From NCBI RefSeq assembly GCF_006345805.1, contig NC_042997.1, positions 12,586,001 to 12,650,000 of the forward strand: DNA of 64,000 bases, read 5' to 3'. Below, one piece after another: positions 25,216-38,170 of this stretch. The DNA comes from Octopus sinensis. Its lineage: Eukaryota. The notes beneath the pieces are model-generated. The model saw only the letters and a list, made by a program, of their open reading frames with translations. It did no database searches and was not told where the DNA came from. A program made the position numbers and the translations under genes. Positions within the stretch are counted from its first letter, which is position 1. Each line of letters opens with the position of its first letter.

Positions 25216-25844
25216 TAAATTCAGCAGCCACAGCAAATTATCTCTATTACGCTTATAACAGCACTTTGGTGGCCTGACCATTAAATCGCATTTCTTCCAT
25301 AAAAGTGGAACAACAGACGCCCCAGTCCGCTCAGATGAAAACCGGTTTAAAGCAAAACATTGAAGTATGACAAATGATATAGCCATTTTGCACCACTGCA
25401 CGACCTCCTAGTGATAGCCTCATTTCGGCCCACATCTGGGAGAGACTGGCCATCGCGTTGCTACTACGTCTTAGTTCTACCTCTAGTTCCAGACTGAGCT
25501 AGTTCAGGAGCACTTTAAACGTCCCGTCGTCAATACAATGCCCTTTGATGCTATCCGGGTACCCAGCTGTAAGCCTACTAACATGTCTTTGTTAATATGT
25601 GTTCCAGCCATTAAAAGTTTGTCGGCGGCTTCCACTCCTATAGTGTCTGGTAATATTACCGAACTATTGCCTACAAACGCTAACTAGACTATACCGCGTC
25701 CAAATTCGAAGGAGAAGGCCTTAAACAATTTTAGCTTTCTCCGAAGAGGCTCTAGAATCAACCAATACAGAAGAGCTAAGAATAGCGATCATGCGATGCG
25801 AAATGGTTCCGAGAAGTAGCTGTCCACTCCACTCTGATCATCCA

Positions 25845-26230
25845 GTGTGTTAAGTAGTTTGCTTACCAGCCACATGGTTCCGGGTTCAGTCCCACTGTGT
25901 GGCATCTTGGGCTAGTTACTTCTACTATAGCCTCGGGCCGACCAAAGCCTTTTGAGTGGATTTGGTAGACGGAAATTCACAAGAAGCCCGTCGTATATAC
26001 GTATATAAATATGTGTGTGTGTGTGTATGTGTATGTGCATGTGTCTGTGTTTGTTCCCCTAGCATTGCTTGACAACCGATGCTGGTGTGCCTATGTCCTC
26101 GTTACTGAGCGGTTCGGCAAAAGAGACCGATAGAATAAGTACTGGGTTTACAAAGAATAAGTCCCGGGGTCGATTTGCTCGACTAAAGGCCAGCATGGCC
26201 GCAGTCAAATGACTGAAACAAGTAAAAGAG
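25845..26230 (+). mobile_element. SINE-A, slightly 5'-truncated
   Basis: Family match. Confidence 0.85.
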
Positions 26231-26380
26231 TTTATGCTACTTTACTTCGCTACAATAAAACTAATTTTGTCACTATTTCAATAAGTTCTAAAAACGGGGA
26301 CCAGGTACATGGCTACACATTTTGAGACGAGACATTCGAATTTGTCCCATGAAAGATCAGAGACAACGTATTAGTAATAA

Positions 26381-26612
26381 AAGGCGGCGAGCTGGCAGAA
26401 TTGTAAGCACGCCGGGCGAAATGTGTAGCCATATTTCGTCTGTCGCTACGTTCTGAGTTCAAATTCCGCCGAGGTCGACTTTGCCTTTCATCCTTTCGGG
26501 GTCAATAAATTAAGTACCAGTTACGCACTGGGGTCGATGTAATCGGCTTAATCTGTTTGTCTGTCCTTGTTTGTCCCCTCTGTGTTTAGCCGCTTGTGGG
26601 TAGTAAAGAAAG
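26381..26612 (+). mobile_element. SINE-B, full length
   Basis: Family match. Confidence 0.85.
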
Positions 26613-26749
26613 AAAAAATAGTGCATTTATGGCAGAACCAGGAGACTGAGAGACAAAATATTTTGTACTAGTTAGTTCTAAATTCAATGCCTAATTACAA
26701 TCAATTTTATCTTTTATCATTCAGAGAACGCTAAAAGAAAGTACGTGTT

Positions 26750-27035
26750 ATGTACTAAGGGCGTTTTCATTGACTATTTCCGTCTCGAAAAACTTCTGAT
26801 CTTGTACCAATGTTTGAATCCATTATTGTTGTTGTTATAAAACTACGACGAATGCTGGACAAGACGGAACGGACTGAAAACATTTTCCTTTCATCAAGCT
26901 CTAATTCACTTTTTCAAGAATCACTTGAAAAGGAAGGTGAAAGTGAGAGAGTTAGAATGCTACTCGGTTTGCAAATTCTATGAAAGGTACGTGAAAAAGG
27001 TAAACGCGGAACTAATAAACGGTCTTTATTGAGCA
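26750..27035 (+). pseudogene. Tx1/L1-clade ORF2 C-terminal relic
   Basis: CWTRRNGLKTFSFHQALIHFFKNHLKRKVKVRE aligns by eye to IWWTRLKGLETNTF...LINFLKYHLERKVRVER (51862 ORF). Confidence 0.6.
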
Positions 27036-27045
27036 TGCGTCAGAA

Positions 27046-28590
27046 GACCGAGAAGTGACATACAAATATTTAGGGAAAAATGAAGGCTCTGGTATTCAGC
27101 ATGCAAGCATGAAAGAGAAGATCAGGAAGGAATGTTATAGGAGAGTTCCTGCAGTCCTGAAATCTGAACTAAATGCACGTAACAAGGTGTTAGCTATAAA
27201 TTCCTTAGCAGTTCCAGTTGTTACTTATAGCTACAATGTGCTGAACTGGAATATGAGTGAAGTAAAGAATATAGATAGGAAAATACGCAAGCTGCTGAGT
27301 TGTAATAGGATGCACCACCCAAGGCAGACGTAGATCGCCTTTACCTTCCCAGAGCCCAAGGAGGTCGAGGCCTGATCCAATTTGAACTAGCTTACAAAAC
27401 AACCACAATTGGACTGGCCAAATATCTTGAAATAACGAATGACTAGATGCTAAAGCTCGTGGAAAATCACGAGAGACGAAAGAAGCTTCATTCTATCATA
27501 AAGGAAGGCAAAAAATTTGCTATTGATCTCGTGCAGGATACCCAAACTGAACAACCCGAAGGAAGTACGGCAACTATTGTTGCAAAGAAGCTGAAGATAA
27601 TGGCAACGAAAAAAGCGCACAGGCAATTGGCCAATAGGTGGGAGGAGAAACCTCTGCACGGCAAATATGTGACCCGCAGCAAACAAGCTGATGTTGACCA
27701 GAAGCAAACCCATCACTAGCTACGGAGCTCAAGGCTAAAAGCAGAGAGCGAAGGTTTCATCCTGGCTGCTCAAGATCAAAGCCTATTAAGCCAGAACTAC
27801 GAGGCCAATGTGATGAAAAATGGAGCAGACCCAAAATGCCGATTCTGCAACGACATGATTGAAACAGTGGACCACCTAATCTCTGGATGTAAAGTCTTAG
27901 CACCAGTGGAGTATAAATTAAGACATGACAGAGTTGGCCAATCTCTACACTGGCTAATAAGTCGGCATTACAATATCAAAACTGCCGACAAGTGGTATAA
28001 TCACCACCCTGAAGCTGTAACTGAAGGAGAAAATGTAACGATTCTGTGGGACTTTCCAGTACATACAGACCGAACCATCAAAGCCAATAAACCAGATATT
28101 GTTGTGAAAGACCAAAACAATAAAGTTTGCTTATTGATCGACATGAGCATCCCCTGTGATCATAATATCTCAGCGAAAGAGTTTGACAAGCTCGGAAAAT
28201 ATAAAGACCTGCTCATTGAAATTGAGAAAATGTGGCACCTCAAGGCGGTTACAATACCAGTGATCGTAGGAGCACTAGGAATGATCAAGAAGGGAACCGA
28301 AAATTACATGAGAATTATCCCTGGCTAACCATCCCTGCAAGAAGTGCAAAATATTGTCTTAACTGGTACATCACACGTATTGAGAAGAGCATTGTCGATG
28401 TGAGAACTATTACTACCCATGTATTTTAATTTAACTTAAAAAAAAAGAATGAACGAACTAGTGAGTTTAGTTTAATGGCCTACCAATGTATACTATGAGT
28501 TTCTTTGCGCTAGGAGTCGGGAAGACACTCAGCAAGAAATGGAAGCAAATTTGAAAGAAGAAAAAAAAATAATAAAAAAAATAGTAAAAG
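27046..28590 (+). mobile_element. 5'-truncated R4/Dong-like non-LTR retrotransposon (RT end, CCHC, restriction-like endonuclease, 3' UTR)
   Basis: YKYLG; RLYLPRAQGGRGL; CRFCNDMIETVDHLISGC (CCHC); RHDRV; KPDIVVKD...LIDMSIP (PD-D/ExK); one frameshift and 3 in-frame stops; A/TAA-rich tail. Confidence 0.9.
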
Positions 28591-28611
28591 CCTGACATTT
28601 GGGGAGAAGGG

Positions 28612-28783
28612 ACCAGTCGATTACATCGACAGCAGCGCTTGACTGGGACTTAATTTGTCAACCCCGAAAGGGCGAACGGCAAAGTCGACTTCAGCGGAAT
28701 TTGAACTCGGAACATAGCAACGGGTGAAATACTGCTAAGTATTTTGCCTGGTGCAGTAACGATTCTGCCAGCTCGCCGCCTTA
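28612..28783 (-). mobile_element. SINE-B-related copy, diverged; a second partial copy lies at ~28865-29005
   Basis: CTGCCAGCTCGCCGCCTTA head on the - strand. Confidence 0.65.
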
Positions 28784-29189
28784 AATGAAACAACACCAAT
28801 AATAATAATAATGATCGTGATTTCAAATTTTGGCACAAGTCTACCGGGGGGGGGGGGGGCTGCAAGTCGTTTACATCGGCCATAGTACTCTGTTGGTACT
28901 CATTTTATCAATTCCGAAAAGATAAGCGGGCAAAGACCGGCTCCGGCAGTATTTGACCTCAGAACGAGAAGTCGGAAGAAATGCCGCTAAGCATTTTGTC
29001 CGGTGCAACAACAAGCACGCAACAACCACAACATCAACAAAAAACAACAACATAATACTCATCAAATGCCATTCGAATTTTAATTGGAATAATATGTTTT
29101 ATTGGTGTTGTTACTACGGTTGCATCTGAAGCACACGTTGCGTGCGTTGCTTGTTGTGCTGCAGCTGTAGACGTGAATATGATGTGAAG

Positions 29190-29204
29190 ATGTTGCCGCT
29201 GTCT

Positions 29205-29262
<58 letters not shown>

Positions 29263-29314
29263 TGTAGTAGTAGTAGTAGTAGTAGAATTGTTAGAGTGTG
29301 TCTTGCTTTATTTC

Positions 29315-29362
<48 letters not shown>

Positions 29363-29500
29363 CAGTAGTAGTAGTTGTAGTTGTTGTTGTTGTTGTTGTT
29401 GTTGTTGTGGTTGATGATGATGATGGTGATTATGATGATTATGATGATGATGGTGATGATGATGGCGATGGCGGCGGTGATGATGGTAAAGTATAGCGCT
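29190..29500. repeat. (GTA)n/(GTT)n/(GAT)n compound microsatellite
   Basis: Directly visible. Confidence 0.95.
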
Positions 29501-29578
29501 AATGATGATAGCTGTTGACGCCAGAGATGTCAAGGATCAGCGACAAGTTGTTTAACTCCGGGCCACCCCTAGTCGGGT

Positions 29579-30091
29579 CGAGGTCGACTTTGCCTTTCAT
29601 CCTTTCGGAGTAGATAAATTAAGTACCAGTTACGCACTGGGGTCGATCTAATCGACTTAGCCCCTTTGTCTGTCCTTGTTTGTCCCCTCTATGTTTATCC
29701 CCTTGTGGACAGTAAAGAAATAGGTATTTCGCTTGCCGTTAGGTTCTGAGTTCAAATTCCGCCGAGGTCGACTTTGCCTTTCATCCTTTCGGGGTAGATA
29801 AATTAAGTACCAGTTAAGCACTGGGGTCGATCTAATCAACTTAATCCTTTTGTCTATCCTTGTTTGTCCCCTCTATGTTTAGCCCCTTGTGGGCAGTAAA
29901 GAAATAGGTATTTCATCTGCCGTTAGTTTCTGAGTTTAAATTCCGCCGAGGTTGACTTTGCTTTCATGCTTTCGGGGTAGATAAATTAAGTACCAGTTAC
30001 GTACTGGGGTCGACATAATCGACTTAATCCCTTTGTCTGTCCTTGTTTGTCCCCTCTATGTTTAGCCCCTTGTGGGCAATAAAGAAATAAG
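29579..30091 (+). mobile_element. SINE-B tandem trimer lacking the head
   Basis: Three ~180-bp units joined at AAAGAAATAG|GTATTTC. Confidence 0.9.
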
Positions 30092-30229
30092 AACGTGGAT
30101 GGCAGGAGTTCTAACCTTGTACAATGCACACTTGTAGATTTTTTTGTAAGACCGCTGTTTTGTGAGGGAAAACTCGTTGTTATTTCTTGCCGGTTCGACT
30201 GGTGCTGACAACAGTGTCTGCTGCAGTGG

Positions 30230-30368
30230 TTGTGGTGTCGGTGGCGGTTGTTGTGACTGATGTTGCTGGTGTTGCTGATTGAGGTGATAGCTAGATGGTG
30301 GTGGCGGTGGCAGCGATGGTAGTGGTGGTGGTGATGATGATGATGACGATGCTGATGACGACGACGAC

Positions 30369-30405
<37 letters not shown>

Positions 30406-30482
30406 ACGATGACGATGATGATGATGATGATTTGATGATGATGATGATGATGATGATGATTTGATGATGATGATGATGATGA

Positions 30483-30532
<50 letters not shown>

Positions 30533-30962
30533 CGATGATGATGATGATGGTTGTGATGATGATGATTATGGTGATTTGATGGCGATGATGATGACGGCGA
30601 CGCTGAGGATGATCATGATGTTTTGATGGTGATGATGGTGATGATGATGCGAGTATGATGATAGCACCCGTGTTAATGGAGACAGTGATGATGATAATGC
30701 CGTTGCTATTGCTGATGATGATGATGGCCATAACGACGAAGTTAGTCATGATTTTGATTTTGGTAACCCTAACCCTAACGCTAACGCTAACCCTAATCTT
30801 AATGATAGTGATGGGTGATGTTGGGATTGATAGTGAGGAAAATGATGATATTTAGGAGATGAGAATCGCGATAAGAATTATGACGGTGTTGGTGTTGAGG
30901 GTGATGATGATGATGATGATCATTAGTGCATTGGAAACGATATCGATATTGATGAAGATGAA

Positions 30963-31015
<53 letters not shown>

Positions 31016-31240
31016 CGACGATGATGATGATAATGATGACGATGATGATGATGATTTGGTGTTGGTGGCAATGATGTGGACAACGACGACAATGGTGACG
31101 ATAATGATGACGACGGTGACGACGACAACGAAGAGGATGATGATGATGATGATGATGATGAGGAGGAGGAGGAGGAGGATGGTGGTAGTGGCATTGGTTG
31201 TGGTGGTGATGATGATGATGAGGATGATGACAACAACGAA
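30230..31240. repeat. ~1-kb degenerate (GAT)n-based tract
   Basis: Directly visible; source of the poly-H/I/S/M ORFs. Confidence 0.95.
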
Positions 31241-31451
31241 GAATACGCCTAATTTTCTTTTCTCTTTTGTTATCAAACAAGTGACAAAAAACTATGTGGA
31301 AAGAAGTCTAAACCTCAACAACAACAAAATCATCATCATCATCATCAACAGCAGCAGCAACAACAACAGCAACAGCAAATGTAGAACAGACGGAAAAACA
31401 CGCGCACACACGCACACAGGCGCTGAAACGTACATGCATTAACTACCTCTC

Positions 31452-31487
<36 letters not shown>

Positions 31488-31503
31488 TGTCTTTCTGTCT
31501 GCT

Positions 31504-31547
<44 letters not shown>

Positions 31548-31814
31548 GTTTTCTCTTTCTGTCTCTTTCTTTCGCGAACACACAAACACACACATTACGG
31601 GAATAGATAAAAGAGGAGAGGAATAGAATATCGGACAAATATACACACATACATAAGCAGAAATGCAAAGTGTGTGTGTGTGTGTTTGTTTGCGTCCATC
31701 CATCCCTCCCTCCACCCATCCATCCATCCATCCATACACATATATACATATGTGCTCCAGAATATATAAAAGAATATACACACATATATGCATACATATA
31801 TTTGTATGTACATA

Positions 31815-32044
31815 TTCTTTTATTCTTTTACTTGTTTCAGTCATTTGACTGCGGCCATGCTGGAGCACCGCCTTTAGTCGAGCAAATCGACCCCAGAGCT
31901 TATTCTTTGTAAGCCTAGTACTTATTCTATCGGTCTCTTTTGCCGAACCGCTAAGTTACAGGGACGTGAACACACCAGCATCGGTTGTCAAGCAATGTTG
32001 GAGGGGGGGACAAACACAGATACACAAACACACACACACACACA

Positions 32045-32079
<35 letters not shown>

Positions 32080-32262
32080 CACACATATATATATATATAT
32101 ATACACGACGGGTTTCTTCCAGTTTCCGTCTACCAAATCCACCCACAAGGCTTTGGTCAGCCTGAGGCTATAGTAGAAGACACTTGCCCAAGGTGCCACG
32201 CAGTGGGACTGAACCCAGGACCATGTGGTTGGTTAGCAAGCTACTTACGACACAGCTACTCT
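31815..32262 (-). mobile_element. SINE-A, full length
   Basis: Family match. Confidence 0.9.
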
Positions 32263-32299
32263 TGCACCCATACACATATACACACACGCACAGATACAT

Positions 32300-32313
32300 G
32301 TATACACACCACA

Positions 32314-32365
<52 letters not shown>

Positions 32366-32482
32366 TTACATATATATATAGTAAAATAATGATAATAATA
32401 ATAACAATAATATATATATAGCAAAATATATATGTATGAATATATAGGTGTATATATGCATCTCTCTCTCTTTCTCTCTCTG

Positions 32483-32516
<34 letters not shown>

Positions 32517-32574
32517 ATAATATATATATAATATATATATTATATATATAATATATAATATATATATATATATT

Positions 32575-32607
<33 letters not shown>

Positions 32608-32621
32608 CATATATATATATC

Positions 32622-32660
<39 letters not shown>
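32300..32660. repeat. Interrupted (TA)n array
   Basis: Directly visible. Confidence 0.95.
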
Positions 32661-32661
<1 letters not shown>

Positions 32662-34417
32662 TGCACGCGCATACTTATACAACGAGGGAAATAAGATGAA
32701 CATATAAAAATACACACACACATAGACACACGCACAGACGTACGCACGCGCACACACAAACATACACACACAAACGCAAGCACGTACACACATACATACA
32801 TATAAGTACACGCATTCAGGAAGCACTCATGCATGTGGCGTACATTTACACATACCCCTACAAAGTCATACACACACACATATTTACTTAGACACACACA
32901 CACTTAAATTTATACTTAACATTGGTCTAGGGTCATCAGAAAAAACACACACGAATGAATGATTAAAAGATTAATTTAATTAATTAATTAAATACATTTT
33001 TACAGAAAAAAATAAGGCAAGTGTTTTTATTTTGTTTTTCCATAATTACGAAGCACAGTGTAAGCGAGAAACACACACATACAGACAAATATTTGACACG
33101 CACACAAACACACATACAGAAAATATAACTAAAGCAACACAGCCACGAGCATACGATGGGATCTCAATGTAGTCATTAATATCAGCTAGAAATAACACCC
33201 ATTGCTCCCTGAAATCATTACAGCTTGAAGGAAAATAAACAAGATCACAATATACAATGTTTGTAAGTATTAAGCACGCTCTTACAGAAGGAGAGAAAAC
33301 ATGAGATAGCTGGAGTTATAGTTAGAACAACTTCGAACAGGACTCGCCCGTGGCTAAAAATGCGGGCGCAACATCAAAACGAATAACAGACCCCCACCAC
33401 CACCACCACCACCACCAAAACAACAACAACAACAACAACAACAAAAATATAGAATACAAATATTAAAAAAAAAGAAAAATTAAATTGAAATTTGTGAAAT
33501 AAATTTGAAATTTACCATAAGTATAGAGCGGTAAGTCAGAGAAGTAAGATCGATTTTCAGGTGTCATAATCTCTCATCATGATTCCAGGGGTAAAAATAT
33601 GTATATAAAACTGTTATAGGGTCGGTAGGATATTTTGTCTTTATATACGTATATTTCTTTCTGTAAATATATATGTAATACTTTGCAATATATACACCTT
33701 CTAAATATTCGTGTAATTTAATTTTGTAGTTATATATTTTCGTTTCGAGTTCTCTGTTTTGTTACAGATTTCGCTTTTCTTTGGTGTTGTGTTAAATGAA
33801 GAAATTATTAAGTTGTTATTATTAACAGAGAAATTTCCTTGTGTTTTATTGTTTGTTTTCTTCTTTATTTTAGCATCATTGTTGCTCTTGTTGTTGGAAG
33901 TACAGCATTGTAACAGTACAGTATAGTAAATAAGAGTCTTGTACCATATAACATAGAAGTTTTCTTGTGGTTATTGTTATTGTTATTGTTGTTATTGTTG
34001 GAGTAGTTGTTTGTTTTTGCTTACTGTTGACACACGGACAGACGAAGAAAATATGCTGCAATGATATATACTTTCAAACAAAACATCATTTAAATAGATA
34101 AATTTTTTAAAGCGGGAGGGGGTGCTCCAGCAAGGCCGTAAAACTGCGATGGCTTAAGCGAACTGCTGGAGAACTAAAGACCTCGTATACGTGTGTATAT
34201 AGCCATATGCCGTGTTCGTGTATGCATGTGTGTCTGTGTGTGCGCTTCTGCATGCGTAAAGAAATGAATAAATTTAGTATTTTTTATTTATTTTGTATAT
34301 ATAATTGTTATAGCTTTCCCATGTGTGTAATAATGTACTGATATTATATGTATGGTCATGTGTGGATTTGTGTGAGTATGCGCGTGTGTGTTCTATTTTT
34401 AATCTTTTCTTTCCTTC

Positions 34418-34471
<54 letters not shown>

Positions 34472-34856
34472 TCGTCCACTCTCTTATTCTATCACTCTCC
34501 CTCTCTCTCAGTCCGTCTTTGTCTCTCTCTCTCTTACTCTCTAATAAATTCTTTCACATACTCTCGTTATATTACTTTAAGTTATTTTTGTTTAAATTTT
34601 TATTAAATTTGTTGTGGCTGTTATTATTGTTGATGTTTTATATGTTTCTCTTAATGTATTTTTTGTTGTTGTTGTTGTCGTAGCTACGTTCAATGTGGGT
34701 CCTATTTATGATTTTGTTGTTGCTTGCTATCAAGTCCGCCGCTCCTGTTGTTTATTATTGCTCTCCTTGTTTGTTATCTCTCTCAAAAATACATCTTTTC
34801 TTCGTCTTCTGCAGCTTTCAGTATATATAGATATTCTGTGTATGTATGTATGTGTG

Positions 34857-34903
<47 letters not shown>

Positions 34904-35323
34904 CGCGCGCACTCTGGGCTTCGTTATCGATATATATATATTATCGAACTAGATGTCATTAAGAGAAAAATAATAACATAAATAGTATTAATAATATTAA
35001 TTAATAAGAATAGTAACAATGACACAAACAATAACTATTTATGATTAGATAAATGAATTAATGTCTATATGCGCGTGTGAAACTATGCATTTATGATTGT
35101 ATGTTGGTGTGTTGGCGTTTGCGCGCGCACATGTGTACATATATATATATAGATCGCGACAAAAGTAAGTGGATGTGTTAAGTTTGGTATGTATCGCTAT
35201 GTAGCTTCGTACTGGTGGATTGTCTTGCACGTAGCTAGCACAAAAATGCATATCTGCCTCCGTGTGTCTTGATTATGTGTATGCGTCAGTGCACCCTATA
35301 AGCACATGTGTATGTGTGCTGTA

Positions 35324-35366
<43 letters not shown>

Positions 35367-35492
35367 ATGCACTCCGCGTGTGCTTGTTTGTATGCGCGTA
35401 GCTTTGCTTTATAGCACACCGGTTTTGAAGAGGTAATAAGTGTATGCAGAAATGTAGGTATATAACAAGAGTGAGAGAGAGAGAGAGAGAGA

Positions 35493-35545
<53 letters not shown>

Positions 35546-35624
35546 AAGGTGACGAGACTCGGATATCTAGGACTTCGGTAAAAGATATCTACAAAGATGC
35601 CAATAATATTTCTATCTATCTATC

Positions 35625-35633
35625 TATCTATCA

Positions 35634-35717
<84 letters not shown>

Positions 35718-35731
35718 GTCTGTCTGTCTGA

Positions 35732-35774
<43 letters not shown>

Positions 35775-35775
35775 C

Positions 35776-35806
<31 letters not shown>

Positions 35807-35807
35807 A

Positions 35808-35860
<53 letters not shown>
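35625..35860. repeat. (TATC)n/(TGTC)n tetranucleotide array
   Basis: Directly visible. Confidence 0.95.
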
Positions 35861-35861
<1 letters not shown>

Positions 35862-36017
35862 GTTTCCTTTCTCTCTTTCTCTCTTTCTTCCTTCCTTCCT
35901 TTCTTTCTTTCCTTCTCACTTTCTTTTATCTTTATATCTAACAATCTGACTATCTAAATATAATCTCTTTCTTTCTATACATAAACACGCTAGCACACGC
36001 ATACATGCACACACACC

Positions 36018-36049
<32 letters not shown>

Positions 36050-36059
36050 ATGATATCTA

Positions 36060-36110
<51 letters not shown>

Positions 36111-36164
36111 TATATATTCTTTTCCACTGTAGGCAGAAGGCCCGAAAAATTTTGGGGAAGGGGG

Positions 36165-36667
36165 AAGTCCGAAAGGATGAAATGCAAAGTCGACCTCGGC
36201 TTTATTTGAACTCAGAACAGACGAAATACCTATTTCTTTACTACCCACAAGGGGCTAAACTCAGAGGAGAGAAACAAGGACAGACAAACGGATTAAGTCG
36301 AATAACATCGACTCCAGTACGTAACTGGTACTTATTTAATCGACCCCGAAAGGATGAAAGGCAAAGTCGACCTCGGCGGAATTTGAACTCAGAACATAAC
36401 GGCAGACGAAATACCTATTTCTATACTACCCACAAGGGGCTAAACTCAGAGGAGACAAACAAGGACAGACAAACGGATTAAGTCGATTACATCGACTCCA
36501 GTACGTAACTGGTACTTATTTAATCGACCCCGAAAGGATGAAAGGCAAAGTCGACCTCGGCGGAATTTGAACTCAGAACGTAACAGCAGACGAAATACCG
36601 CTAAGCATTTCGCCCGACGCGCTAACGTTTCTGCCAGCCCGTCACATCTTCTGCCAGTTCGCCGCCT

Positions 36668-36668
<1 letters not shown>
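36165..36668 (-). mobile_element. SINE-B tandem multimer (head, 2 full units and 1 partial unit)
   Basis: Junction CAGACGAAATAC|CTATTTC occurs twice; it is the reverse complement of the junction at 24300 and 29720. Confidence 0.9.
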
Positions 36669-36716
<48 letters not shown>

Positions 36717-36916
36717 CCATAAAATTGATTTGACTTCTATATATATAAATTTCAAAATAAACTTATTTACTTATTTTAAAGTGCTTGAATGAAACTAATA
36801 CAGACATGTATAGATGTGTGTATGCGTCTGTATAGTGTGCATGTATATGTATAGATATATGTATGCATGTTTGCATGCATGCATGATGTATGTATGTATG
36901 TATGTATGTATGTATG

Positions 36917-37016
36917 NNNNNNNNNNNNNNNNNNNNNNNNNNNNNNNNNNNNNNNNNNNNNNNNNNNNNNNNNNNNNNNNNNNNNNNNNNNNNNNNNNNN
37001 NNNNNNNNNNNNNNNN
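36917..37016. other. Assembly gap (100 N)
   Basis: Exactly 100 N, a conventional unknown-size scaffold gap. Confidence 0.99.
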
Positions 37017-37760
37017 CTAAAACCTTTATCAGAATTGCCATGTCACAGCAATTCTTTGGATTAAGAGCAAAGGAGTTTCTCTCCCAGTTTCCGTTTTAAT
37101 AATGAGAAATATACCGAAAAGGAATATGTCTACCTTATTTCATCCTCGTATCTCACAGCCTCCTGTACCGAAGCTACCACTCAAGAGAATACAATTCAAT
37201 TAACGGATGACATTGGTGCAATCTTAATGACAGACTTGGTCGACATCAGGATCCCACATTCCCGTGGTAAGAATTCTTCAGCATAGGTCTATAAATAAAC
37301 AATGATCAGATTACTGCAATGCTGTATGCTGTCCAGAATGGTTTCACTGTGTGATTCTGGGATCACCCTGATTGAAGGCATTTCCATGCTTGCCGAGTTT
37401 ATTTGGAATCGGTAGTGTTACTCGGTAGCATTCTTTGGTCAAACATTTCGTGCCGTTTTGCATAGTGCTCTCCGGCTCGAATGATTTTCCAAACTGACCA
37501 GTCAGTTTGATCTCGTCCAGATTAGAAATCTTTCGATGACATCATCCTCTTACATGTTTTGCAAGCAATTTTCACATGGAAGCGCTACCAGTCGAAAGCT
37601 CCGCATACCGGAATCCAGAAAGTGTATAGGGTCATTAGGAGATAATGATTGCCGTTTCGGGGCCTACCTCTCGACAGCATCATTGCGTACCGCCTCCCCA
37701 CTCACTGATCTGAGGCTCCGCTTGCTAGATCAACTGGTTATCGAATAAAGCTTAATATTC
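37017..37760 (+). pseudogene. Highly degenerate LINE reverse transcriptase relic
   Basis: One frame reads ...LESVVLLGSILWSNI...KSFDDIILLHVLQAIFTW...IQKVYRV...LPLDSIIAYRL, collinear with RT motifs (QG.VLSP, YADD, IN..K, Y.YLG); many stops. Confidence 0.4.
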
Positions 37761-38132
37761 TTCTTGCATCGCTCATCGTCTCTTTTTAATGAGAGTCAGT
37801 GGCTAGCCTTTTCCACTGTAGTTGGAGATTTCACTGAGACCTTGATGATACCCCAGATGCCAGAGGCTCCGTTTTTTATTTTTTTTTTACCGAGTTAATA
37901 ATATAAACTCACCACAAAAAGAAACCATATCCCTGCTGGAAGCGACAAAAATATCTTCAATGAAACGAATATACTCCAAAAATTGTTCGAACGCTGAAGA
38001 GAATGAGACACGTCAGATCACGCACACGTATACAGAAAATTATAAAACAGCATATGTATTGAGTGATACACGCCTTAACAAGCCAAACAGCCACACACGC
38101 ACACGTTCACACAGACACACAGATACACACAC

Positions 38133-38170
<38 letters not shown>

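Larger units (their letters stand above)
23560..25845 (-). pseudogene. Old Tx1/L1-clade LINE ORF2 relic, split by a SINE-B dimer and a MITE
   Basis: LALLYWLILEPLRRKL; GTHINKDMLVGLQLG; MWAEMRLSLGGRAVV (RT and post-RT); AMAIEAVWGTMLK and RVEREVLACSKFV, matching the ORF at 51862-52170. Confidence 0.6.

Noticed and set aside
26724-26990. Strong acceptor and donor sites suggesting an exon
   Set aside because: The downstream part translates as a Tx1 C-terminus
29579-30091. Regular repeats resembling a CRISPR array
   Set aside because: Whole units are SINE-B bodies with no unique spacers; eukaryotic context
30291-31442. Long poly-His/Ile/Ser/Met ORFs, and all YIYI/THTH/CVCV/LSIY ORFs elsewhere
   Set aside because: Translations of microsatellites
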